In this document: one piece after another, positions 51,863-63,449 of the stretch | How the letters are laid out: each line of letters begins with the position of its first letter | How positions within the stretch are numbered: the first letter of the stretch is position 1 | Origin: Rhizophagus irregularis | Lineage: Eukaryota | Direction: 5' to 3' | Assembly (NCBI RefSeq): GCF_026210795.1 | Contig: NC_089436.1 | Location: forward strand, 1,860,001 to 1,924,000 | Length of the DNA stretch: 64,000 bases | The notes under the pieces: generated by a model | The model's database searches: none | Told to the model about the DNA's origin: nothing | The model's input: the letters and a program-made list of their open reading frames with translations, nothing else | Translations under genes and position numbers: made by a program

Positions 51863-54196
51863 ATGTCGATACAAGAACAGGTTACACAGGTTCATTCTCT
51901 TTACGACACAATTCTAATCCTGGATTTTGGTTCCCAATACTCGCATTTAATTGCAAGACGTATCAGAGAATTTGGTGTATATTGTGAAATGCTACCATGC
52001 ACCCAAAAAATCAAAGGGTTACAATTCGAACCTAGAGGTGTCGTTCATTTTGCATTAAATAAAAAGTATCCAAATGATGCGTGAATTATTTAACAGCTTT
52101 TTTTTGTTTCTAGGTGTTATTCTCTCGGGAAGTCCTTATTCAGTTTATGACAAAGATGCACCGCGTGTAGATCCTGAAATATTTAATTTAGGAATACCCA
52201 TATTAGGAATTTGCTATGGCCTTCAGGTAATGTTGAATGCCTTTAATATCATTCTCTCTCATCTAATTAACTCTAAAATTTAGGAAATTGCATGGAATCA
52301 TGGTGGTTCAGTAGCACCTTGTAATAATAGAGAATATGGCCACGCATTAATGAAGGTTGATAAGCATCAAGGTCATCCATTCGTTGACAGATTATTTGAT
52401 GGTATAGAAGATTCCATACAAGTATGAATTTATGATTTTATAATTTCAACTTTTTTTCTTCGCGTCGAATGGTTAAATATATTATTATAGGTTTGGATGA
52501 GCCATGGTGATCAATTAGATAAAGCTCCCGAGGGTTTTAAGGTGATCGGACACACATTAACTGCGCCATTTTCAGCAATTGCTCATGAAGAGAAACATTT
52601 ATTTGGTATTCAATTTCATCCTGAGGTAACACATACACCTCTAGGAAAAGAGATTCTAAAAAACTTTGTTATAAACATTTGTGAGTGCAAGACGAACTGG
52701 ACAATGGTTAGTATGCTAATATTGTGTTTATCTCCTAAAGTTTTTAATATTCACTATTTTATTTTATTTGTTTTTTAGAAATCATTTATTGATAATGAGA
52801 TAGCACGAATTCAGCAGATTATAGGACCTAATGGACAAGTTGTTGGAGCCGTAAGTGGTGGAGTGGATAGCACAGTTGCCGCCCGATTGATGAAAGAAGC
52901 GATCGGGGATAGGTAGGTTGTCTAAGAATTTTTTTTTTCTTTTCTTCAGACCTAATTTTTTTGTGAATTCGTTAGGTTTCATGCAATTCTTGTTGATAAT
53001 GGCTTGATGAGGTTGAACGAATGTGAGACTGTTAAGAAAAATCTCGGTGATCATCTCGGAATAAATTTAAAAGTTGTAGATGCTTCCGAAATATTTCTCG
53101 ATCGCCTTAAAGGCGTCACTGATCCTGAAAAAAAACGAAAGATTATTGGAAACACGTTTATTGAAGTGTTTGAATCAGAAGCTTTGAAGATTGATCAAGA
53201 AACAAAGGAGACTGGACATTGTCGAATTGAATATCTTCTTCAAGGAACTTTATATCCTGATGTCATTGAAAGTGTTTCATTTAAAGGACCAAGTGCCACT
53301 ATTAAAACTCATCATGTAAGCTATAGTAAGCTATAGTAGGTGTTTTTATGAAAAAGAGGATTTGATTTAAAAATAACTAAAATTTTCTTGAATTAGAATG
53401 TTGGTGGATTATTAGAGGATATGAAATTAAAACTTATTGAGCCCTTAAGAGAATTATTCAAAGGTAATTAGTTATTAACTTGTTGATTTTAGCTTAATCT
53501 CACATTTTCTTATAGTTTCCAAAAAAATTCATTTAAATTCATTTAGACGAAGTACGCGAACTTGGTAAAACATTGAAATTAGATGATGAATTAATTTGGC
53601 GTCATCCGTTCCCTGGACCCGGTATTGCAATTCGTATATTAGGTGAAGTTACACCTAGTCAAGTTGCAATAGTCCGAGCAGCTGATCATATTTACATTGA
53701 TGAAATAAAGAAAGCAGGACTTTATCGTAAAATATCTCAAGCTTATGCTGCTTTATTACCCGTTAAAGCTGTTGGCGTTATGGGTGATAAAAGAACTTAT
53801 GAACAAGTTATTACTTTAAGAGCTGTTGAAACTGTAGATTTTATGACGGCAGATTGGTAAATTTATGTACTTTTCGTCAGAGATTTATCTTGATTTTGTT
53901 AGGTTTAAGATATTTTCTTTTCGCGCTGCATAGGTATTCATTTCCTTATGATGTATTGAAGAAAATTAGCAATCGAATTATTAACGAAGTTAAAGGTAAG
54001 TTAATTAGTGTTTATTAGATCTATTAATTGGGTTCTTTCGTAACAATAAATCCTTTTAAATAGGCGTAAATAGAGTCGTGTACGATATATCCAGTAAGCC
54101 TCCGGCTACAATAGAATTGTAGGTCTATTTATTTAATAATTCTATAAATCCTTCATTTCTATTAATTTAATTTTTATTTTATTTTTCAGGGAATAA
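51863..54196 (+). CDS. GUA1: GMP synthase (glutamine-hydrolysing), multi-exon
   Basis: [82 protein letters not shown]. Confidence 0.97.
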
Positions 54197-54737
54197 CGGT
54201 TGGATTATTATTATTAAATATGTACATTTTTCATTTAATTAAAGTTTCAGATTTAGTTTGTTAAAAAAGAGTAATTGTGACGAATTTACAGATTTATTCT
54301 TGGTTTAATACTTTTCACCACGCAAAGAAATTTTGTATGCAAAAATATGGGAATTTTGTTAACCTTATAATTATTGTTGTTCTTGCTATTAGCGGCTTGT
54401 TACAATGTAATTATTATTTTGGGATAATTTCTAATTTTATTTATGAATGTCTTGATAACACTAATATTCTTTTTCTCTATTAACTTTAAGGTATTCTTGC
54501 TCAACTTAAACTCGTTTAAGATACATAATTAAATAGTTTGTAGTATTGTCTATTAGAAAATCATTTTTTTTTTTAGATAAATATCAACATCTAGAGCATG
54601 ATCAATTTCTTTAATACTTTGTCATGAAAAACATAAAATTTATTAGATGAAAATCCTAATCGAAAATTATGATTTTAAATTTGGTATGTAATATAAATTG
54701 TGTTAATAAATAGTCATTATAGAAACAATGATATGCC

Positions 54738-55015
54738 TTACTTTGGCTCAATAGGAGATCCTTCATCATTGTAATAAGGCGTTATTTCAACAGTTGGTTT
54801 ACCGGCACACCTTATACAATATATTGAAAATCATATTTAGAAATGTAAAAATTTAAAAATTTTTAAAATTAATACCTCTTAAAAATCCTAACAAATGGTG
54901 AACAAATAACTCGATCATCCTTAATAATACATTGATATTGTACCAATTCAAAAAGATTACATTTTGGTTTTATTATAGGTTCAATTTTGGTAGATGGAAT
55001 TTCTTTGTTATTCAT
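54738..55015 (-). CDS. SOM1: SOM1-like mitochondrial inner-membrane peptidase accessory subunit, 2 exons (a tiny third exon ending ~54643 is possible)
   Basis: Spliced: MNNKEIP...KCNLFELVQYQCIIKDDRVICSPFVRIFKR/CAGKPTVEITP...; CxLxxLxQYxC...CxPFxRxFxxC pattern. Confidence 0.75.
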
Positions 55016-56620
55016 TTTTTTTGTAGAAGCAAATAGTTCATAATAAATTCATCTGTACATGCATAATATTCATTTGATGATCAAAATAATTATAATTATT
55101 CTCGAATATTCTTTTCGGTTGTTTGAAGAAACTAAAAAATGGATTCTACGGTCACTTGTCGGAACAGATGAGTTTAGTTCTATTTTTAAGAAACGGACAA
55201 AAAAACAAGCTGGCGCTATTAAGATTTTGGTCACGTCGGAGATGCACCAGATGCATAACGTAATGATCATTATTTTATTACATATTGAATAGTTAAATAA
55301 CTTATACTCCCGTTAATGTTCTCCTAGTGACACGTGACGTATACCCTAGATCTTAGAAAATACCCCATTTCATTTTAATCAAAGATTAATTGAAAAACTT
55401 CTTTATACTTAAAATAAATCGAAAACTCTCATTCTTGTCGTAACAGATAATAAAAAAAGTAGGATTAATAATTAATAATCAACCCTATTTTATCAAAGAA
55501 GTGATAAAACTCGATTAGTATTCTTGGGATTTAAGATTAGAAAATATGATACTAATAAAAGTGTTTATGTTAGGAAAAATCGTTATCACACGTTGCATTT
55601 ACGTCAATGACTCAAGCATTTTATGAGATTTCTTTGCAAAATCGAAGTTATCAAATGTATTTTTGTTAGCAGTTCGAATTTTGACATAATGGTAAGTTAG
55701 TCGATTTTATTAAATAAAATACGATTGGTTATTTTTACGACTCAATCTCTGCCAACCTAGAGAATTACCATAATAAAACTTTGATCAGTACCCTCTTTAA
55801 TAATATCTTTACATACAATCTTTACCTATTTTCTAAATAGTCTTCTTAGCATGATAATATTATTAAGAGGAAATTGAGGTTTACACACTCAATCCAGCAA
55901 ATATAAATTATGTGACAGAATAATCCCTCTTTTTATTTTTTTTTCATATCTTCTGATTTTGTGTTATGAGTCCTGGGACAAATATTCTGAACAAATTAAT
56001 CTATTTTTTCTATATAAGGCAAATAACATAAATATTACTAAAGGTTAATGTTACCTTATACCGAGTTCTAGTCTCATAAATTAACATCGATGATAAACTC
56101 GGTGAAACATTATTTAACTATAAGCTGAATGGTTTATTTTATTTTATATTTTTTATATCAACAGATTTGCCCTCGTACACATTCTTAATTTCATATGATG
56201 TGTCAAATAAATCATGTTATTAAAGTGCGTGTACAGTAGTATGTATATATAAAGTATATAATAATCAATTTTTTCTAATCAATTTTTTCCCATTGCAGGA
56301 TCAATCGGTATGTGCATCTTTAAATAATACGTAAAAAGATAAAAAAGATATTTTTAAATGATAAGATTTTGTACAAGAGATATCTCAAACTTTGTTAGTG
56401 CTATCCACATATCATGTGACTGAAATCATTGTATTAAAATCAATTACTATATATCAGACAAACGAAATATCAAAGTTATTATTATGGATCATTTCTCAAA
56501 CAAACTAGTGAGATACCACATGCGATATAAATTATATCGCATGTGGTATCCCACTTGGCCTAGATTATAGTATCACATATAATCTGAATATCACATATAA
56601 TCTAAATACCACATATAATC

Positions 56621-57253
56621 AAACAGGGTGGACATACCCTATATCACATGTTGATCATTTGCCAATCATAATAAATGTGATATCACATTAACTTTGAAGC
56701 CTTATCTCAAGCTATAAATGTTCTAAAAATTATATTTAACTGTTTTGTTTAATAATTAGGTTATTAATAATTAAATATAAAAGTATTGTGGCAAAATAAA
56801 ATGTGGTTCCAAATTTAGCTTTAGGCTGAAATTTTCAATAATTCATATATATGCTGATCATCTGCTAATTTGACTTTGAAGCTTCAGGCCAAGCCACAGA
56901 ACTTCAGGCCAAACTTGAAACTTTCACAGTATGCTATTTAGGTATTTAAGAATTAGTGGCTAAAATAAACCTGAATAATTTTTGATAACCCGAAAGTTAT
57001 ACTTAAATAAATGTTTACAATTATTGTAAAATTAATATATGTCTGATATTTGACAAAATCTTTATGAATCATTTTAAGAACTAATTTATTAACAATAAAT
57101 AAAATAAAGTAAATAAAATTGAAATTTTATACATTATTATGTAGAATTTGTGAAAAAATTAATTCAATGGTATTTTTTTATGTGATAATATTGGACAAGT
57201 GATCGGCAAAATAATCAGTAATATCATAATAATATAGGGATGTCTGCCCTGTT
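56621..57253. mobile_element. Non-autonomous ~630-bp deletion derivative related to the 59119-63390 element
   Basis: Imperfect TIRs AACAGGGTGGACATACCCTATAT / rc AACAGGGCAGACATCCCTATAT; flanked by CATATAATC on both sides; ~500 bp colinear with 59119-59630, right end resembles 63260-63390. Confidence 0.8.
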
Positions 57254-57277
57254 CATATAATCTGAATATCACATATG

Positions 57278-57521
57278 TAAGGTTGCTTGTCTAAACCTCC
57301 TCAAAATCCTACGATTAGTTTCGTCAAAATTTTACTATAGATTTATTATAGTTTCGGCAGAGTTTCAGCAGTTTCGGCATTTATAATAAGTTTCAGCAGT
57401 TTCGCCTTTCTCCAAAGTTTCGCCAGTTTTTTAATATAACTTTAATATAGTTTCGGCAGAATTTCGCTTTTCGGCGAAACGCCATCTTGCCTAAACCCCT
57501 AGGTTTTGGCAAGCAACCTTA
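57278..57521 (+). mobile_element. hAT-type MITE, copy 1 (244 bp)
   Basis: TIR TAAGGTTGCTTG...CAAGCAACCTTA; 8-bp TSD CACATATG; internal AGTTTCGGCA repeats. Confidence 0.92.
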
Positions 57522-57871
57522 CACATATGATCTAAATATCACATATAATCTGAATATCACATATGATCTAAATATCGCATATAATCTGAATACTACATAT
57601 GATCTAAATGATGTAGTCTAACTACCACATATAATCTAAATAATATGGTCTAAATACCTCATATAATCTAGCATTTTATTATTTCTTAGTATATCACTTT
57701 TACATTCTAGTTATGTCTTTAAGTCTTTCTTAATATTTGTATTTTTTATGCTAATATACTTTTTATTACCACATTATAATCTAATTACTACACACATATA
57801 ATCTAAATACCACGTTTTTCTTCTTATTTCTGAGTCATTTATATACTAAATTCTATAATGGAATTGTTGAC

Positions 57872-58114
57872 TAAGGTTGCTTGCCGAAACCTAGGAGTTT
57901 AAGCAAGATGGAGTTTTACCGAAAAGTGAAATTCTGCCGAAACTATATTAAAGTTATATTAAAAAACTGGCGAAACTTTGAAGAAAGGCGAAACTGCTGA
58001 AACTATTATAAATGCCGAAACTGCTGAAACTCTGCCGAAACTATAATAAATCTATGGTAAAATTTTGATGAAACTAATCGTAGGATTTTGAAGAGGTTTA
58101 GACAAGCAACCTTA
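57872..58114 (-). mobile_element. hAT-type MITE, copy 2 (inverted relative to copy 1)
   Basis: Same TIR; different 8-bp TSD TTGTTGAC; near-identical reverse complement of copy 1. Confidence 0.92.
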
Positions 58115-59810
58115 TTGTTGACCTTCTGTAATTATTTAGATACCTGATTTTATGTTGAGGTGTTGACTTCCTGCGCCTGATTGGGTGCTAGATTATATAT
58201 TGAAATGCTTACCTTTTATTTACACCTATTTGGTTGCCTTTCTAGATTCCAAAATGTGGTAAAAAAATATCATGTTAGGTAGCGCAATAATTTAATGTAA
58301 ATCTGCGTCTAAATTTGGTTGGCACTATAGCATAATTTCTGGCTGATCTTTAGGACATGACAACTCGATGGCACTATGATAGTGTCATGGAACTGTTATA
58401 GAACTAGAGTGTTCTTTCAAACCACCTATATGCCAGCTTGGATGCTGAGTTATTATATTCAAGGATCTGGCCAAATTTATGTGCTGGCCGAAATTGTGGA
58501 ATAATACTGGCCAATTTTATACTGCACCTTACTGTGCCAGTCACATGATCCTGTTACAGTAATAACAGTACTGAACACCCTTTCATAGTTACAGAATAGT
58601 GACAAGAATGTTCTGGAATATTTCTAAAATCCAATATATATGCATTTGTGCTATATATTTTTTGTATTTATATATTTCCAAAATCTTCCTAACACTCTCA
58701 AGCTCCAGTCTGGTGGTCAGTTGGTTAGAGAATTGGAGGTGCAATATGTATTATCTTGGCCTGATCCATATGATTATCAGAAGTGCACTATTTCGCAACC
58801 CAACTATTGCCTATTCATTGCTGATATATTAGCGGGATGTTATAAGCACTTTTGAAGCTCAATTATAGTTTAATCTAGGTTGAGGCAATGAGTATGCTAT
58901 TTTTTTAAGCGTCCTTATAAAAATTCTCTATCTCTATAAGAAAAATTTATGAGGATGCTTATAGGAATAATCTTGATATCATTTTTAGGCTTCTTAGCTT
59001 GATTTATTAAATTCTTTATTATTTGACCTTATGTTCCTATGAGTTCCTATAAAATATAAAAGTTCTAGAAAAAAATCAAAATTTTTCTATGGTATATCGG
59101 GCAAATATAGTCATATATAGCATAGCGAACATGCTTATATCACCTTGCCGATCATTTACCGATCATATTATATGTGATATCACACTAATTTTGAGACTTT
59201 ATTCCAGGCCATAAATATTCTAAAAAATTATTTTAAATTGTTTTTTTAATAGTATAATATATTAATAATTTAGTATAAAAATTTTGTAGCAAAATAAAAT
59301 GTGGCGCCAAAATTAGCTTTAGGCCAAAATTTTCAATATTTGATATATATGCTGATCATTTTCTAATCGGACTTTGGAGCTTCGGGCGAAGCCACAGATG
59401 TTCGGGCGAAATTTGAAACTTTTACAATATATTAATTAGGTATTCAAGAATTAATGGCTTAAATAACTAAGAATAATTTTTAATAACCAAGAAGTTATTA
59501 TTAAATAAAGACTTGCAATTGTTATAAGGTTAATAAAGTTAATTTTTGGCACATCTTATGAACTATTTTAAGAATTAATTCATTATTAACAATATAAAAT
59601 AAATAAATAAAGTAAAATGATTAAAATTTATATGGTTCACTTTTTTATAAATAGTCCTTTAAAAAATTCACAAGAAATATTTATAAAATTAACATCATTT
59701 TCAATATAAAATATTATTATTCAATTTAATATAAAAAATATTATTTTTTTTAACTTAATACAAAATAACACTTTTTTAACTTTAAATTTCTGAAATTTTA
59801 TTCAAAAAAA

Positions 59811-62567
59811 ATGTCCTGCAGTTTTAACTCAACTGATTGCAAAGGAGTAATTAGGACAATGATTAATAATACAAAAATTCTAATAACACAAAAAGAAACT
59901 ATTTTAGTTGGCATGAAATTATGTCAAACTCACTATAATAAATTTATTATTAATGAGGCTTATAGCCTAAAATATAATGAAACTTGCTCTCATCTAAAGC
60001 ATGATGAATATAAAAGCCAATCAAAAAATGCAAATAAGAGATCAAAAAACCTTAATCTTGAAAAGATACCAAAAAGATTAATACCAATTTTAAATTTAGA
60101 TGAAACTGCTAAAATTTGTAGTTTGTGCAGAAAAAAAACAGATAATGATCCTGATTATAATATGTTAGAAGAATATACTGCACCAATTTCCAAAAAAAAG
60201 GATGATGATAATATTTTAACAATGGGAAATCATACTTATTCATTTAGAAAAGATTTTTATATAATGGTGAAGAATTAAAACAATTTGAATCAGATTATCA
60301 AGAAATTATATCACAATTAACAATTACAGATGAAATTAGTTTAAGTAACAAAATTAAAAAAATGTTTAATATTCTTTATAAAAATCAAAGAATATTAGAA
60401 CAAAAAACAATTTATGATCCTGATGAATTTAATAATATGTTAGAAACAGAAGATGCAGATTTAATTGGTTTTTTTGATGAATTATATCAAGGAACTAATC
60501 CTAAAACTAAATCTGATAAACAAATAATAGTAATAAGAAAAAATTAGTTTCTTTATGCTATTTTTTAGCTAGTATTAATAATAAATACATTAATGGAATT
60601 AAGGCTGATATTGGATCATATTTACAAACTTCTGGAGCATCAGCTACTTCTATTGATACACTTGCAAATCTTGGATTATCAGTATCAAGAATGACAGTAA
60701 ATCAACAAAAAAAAATTGTTTCAGATGAACATAAACAATCTGTTGATAATTATTGTTTACAAAATATAGAAAAAATGTTTGTTTTGAATATTGATGATTA
60801 CCATAATATTCATCGACGTACTATGCCATCATTATTGGAAACACATAATATCTTTCATTTGTTACAATATTATTAAATTCTAATCCTAATATTTCAAGAA
60901 TACCATGTTTTTCAAATAATATTTTAATACATAATCCTAAAGGAATTGACTCTAAATTAATTATTAAAAAGTTTGAGAATTATTTTATGAACCAAATAGG
61001 CAAAAGTTATTATGAGCAAAATGAATTATGGAAAAATTTGTTAATTGAAGATTCTTATGAAAATAGAATTGAAAATCTTAATGTTCATAATTATGATGGT
61101 CGCATTCAAAAACATCAGGAATTAAGATCATTAAATAATAGCAAATTAGTAGATTTTATTTTGCACCTATTACATAGTACTAAAGATTATATTGAATGTT
61201 CAAATCTTTTATTTAAAGTATTTAAAAGGTTAAAAAATACTGATTATTTAGATCATTACATTATTCCTATAATTGCTGATTGGCCAGGACAAGTAAATAT
61301 AAGAAGAGCTATAACATTAAGAATTAATAGAGGAATTATATCTGGAATTTCAAAACAAATATTAAGTTTAATTCCTATGATTGGACCACTTCATATTTCT
61401 TTAAATAGTAGAGAAACCTTGTTTCAAACTTACCATTTTTTTTTTGAAATGTTGTATCATGATTTATTTGGAGATAAAAAAGTATTGTCTTAAAAGCCAA
61501 AACAAACTGTAATTAATCTTATTTTAGATTTAACATTTAATGGTTGGAAAAAGATTAGAAAAGTCATTATGAATCGTTTTAAAAATTCTAAAGATGCAGA
61601 ATATAGAATGATGATTGATTTGTTGGATAATTCTATACCACTTACTTTAGATATATGTGCAGTACTTTTTAGAAGTGGATACTTTGAGGGATATTTAGAA
61701 AGTGTTGTAAGAGTTTGGGTATTATTTCAAAGATTAAGGAGACATAATTATAATAAAGCACCACTTGTATTTTTAAGTGATGTGTTTTATTGGGAGCTTA
61801 ATAATCATCCAATGGCAAATGTTTTGAAAAAAAATTTACCTATTTTTAATGATTATTTTGTTGAAAATTTTCACTGTTCTATTAAAAGTCAAACTGCTGA
61901 ATCAAATAATGCACTGCAAATTATTCAAAAAGCAAAAATTATTGATGCTGAAAGAAATAATAATTCATTTAAAGAATCTTTTATTAATTCAAGAAATCCA
62001 ACTATTTCTCAAGATAAATTAAATTATTTAGAAAGAAAAGTTTCTTTATTTTTGTTTTCTCTTTTTGATAAAATTTATCATAATATTGGAAATACAACCA
62101 AAATTAATAATAGTAAATATCCAAGTTTTATGCTTCCAAGCTTTGAAATTAATGTAGATATAAAAGTTCTTCCATTAGCATGAAATACAGCATATAAACC
62201 TGCTAATGATAATTTTTGTGATGCAGAAAAATGTTTATTACCTAATAATATAGATTCATCTAATGGTATTGTTTTAATTTGTGGGCATGGTTTTCATAAA
62301 GAATGTTTAACTTTATATAATGATAAATGTAATCATTGTTTTAATTATTTATCATTTGAAGCTCAAAAAAATATTAATACCTTAACAGCAAGATTAACTA
62401 CTCCACTAAAAAATAATGAAATACCTTTAGTTGAAGAGAAAATAAATAACAATTCAAATGAAAATAATGATGAAAATATACAAAGTATTTTAGAAAGATT
62501 AGAGCAAAATATAGATAATCAATTTGAAATTTTATATCAAGAATGGTCAAATTATGATAGCTTATAA
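59811..62567 (+). pseudogene. Disrupted transposase-like ORF (~920 aa reconstructed) with N-terminal Cys/His clusters and C-terminal RING-H2-like finger
   Basis: Fragments join through three apparent 1-nt deletions (~60250, ~60520, ~60860) and two in-frame stops (TAA 61491, TGA 62181); motifs NIDDYHNIH, ADWPGQ, IGPLHISLN, VENFH; intronless; lies inside the TIRs. Confidence 0.8.
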
Positions 62568-62640
62568 TTTATTTAACTTAGAGATTTTTATATGTAATAT
62601 TATTTAATTTATAATAAAAATACATTTTTATTAAAATTTA

Positions 62641-63298
62641 AAAAGTTGCTACTAATAAATCTTATTCAATGATGATGAGGTTTCATAAATCAGTAAAGTT
62701 AGATCAATATTAAGTATTTTGTAACTGACATTTGAGCCATATTATTATGCAGAATTGTTTAATTAAAGTTTATTAGCTTAATATGACAGCATTTTATTAA
62801 AAGTTAAAGTTTCTACTAGTAAAAGTTATCCAATAATAATGTGATCCAAATAAAATTTGATACACAGTAAATTCAAATCAATAATAAGTTGTTTGGAAAT
62901 TTTGAGCATATATTATTATGTAGAATTTTCCAATTTAAGTTAATTAACTTAATATAACAGTAAATATGCTATTATATTAAGTTAATTAACTTCGATTGGA
63001 AAATTCAACATAATAATATATACTCAAATTTTGCATACAGTTTAATATTTGTTTGAAATTACTGTATATAAAATTTTATTTGGATCGCATTACTATTGGA
63101 TAACTTTTACTAATAGAAACTTTTAATTTTAATAAAAATGCTTAAAATTTAAAAGTTTCTACTAGTAAAAGTTATCCAATAGTAATGCGATCCAAATAAA
63201 ATTTCATATACAATAATTTCAAACCAATATTAAACTGTATGCAAAATTTGAGTATATATTATTATGTAGAATTTTTCAATCGAAGTTAATTAACTTAA
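62641..63298. repeat. Four ~150-165-bp subterminal repeats in direct-direct-inverted-direct arrangement
   Basis: AAAGTTTCTACTAGTAAAAGTTATCCAAT...ATTATTATGTAGAATT...AAGTTAATTAACTTAAT at ~62641 (degenerate), ~62806, inverted ~62972-63123, ~63151. Confidence 0.85.
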
Positions 63299-63449
63299 TT
63301 ATTGTGAAGTGATAAAATTGATTAAATGATCGACAAATGATCTACAGATGATCGGCAAAATTGTGATAAAATCGGGATGTTCGCTATGCTGTCATATATA
63401 TAGTTAATATAATTGATATATGATTGATATATGATATAAAAAAAAAATT

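Larger units (their letters stand above)
56565..57812. repeat. Degenerate 18-bp minisatellite (CACATATAATCTRAATAT) interrupted by transposon insertions
   Basis: Units at 56570-56620, 57254-57277, 57522-57670 and ~57770-57812. Confidence 0.85.
59119..63390 (+). mobile_element. 4.27-kb TIR DNA transposon
   Basis: Perfect 14-bp TIR AGCATAGCGAACAT/ATGTTCGCTATGCT; 9-bp TSD GTCATATAT (59110-59118, 63391-63399); subterminal GATC-rich motifs. Confidence 0.9.

Noticed and set aside
58140..58900. Short ORFs 58599 and 58640 as genes
   Set aside because: No recognisable motifs; lie within the TE nest and are probably decayed repeat sequence
61491..62183. Stop-codon readthrough or alternative genetic code in the transposase
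   Set aside because: Host genes here use TAA and TGA as normal stops; single C>T and G>A mutations explain them
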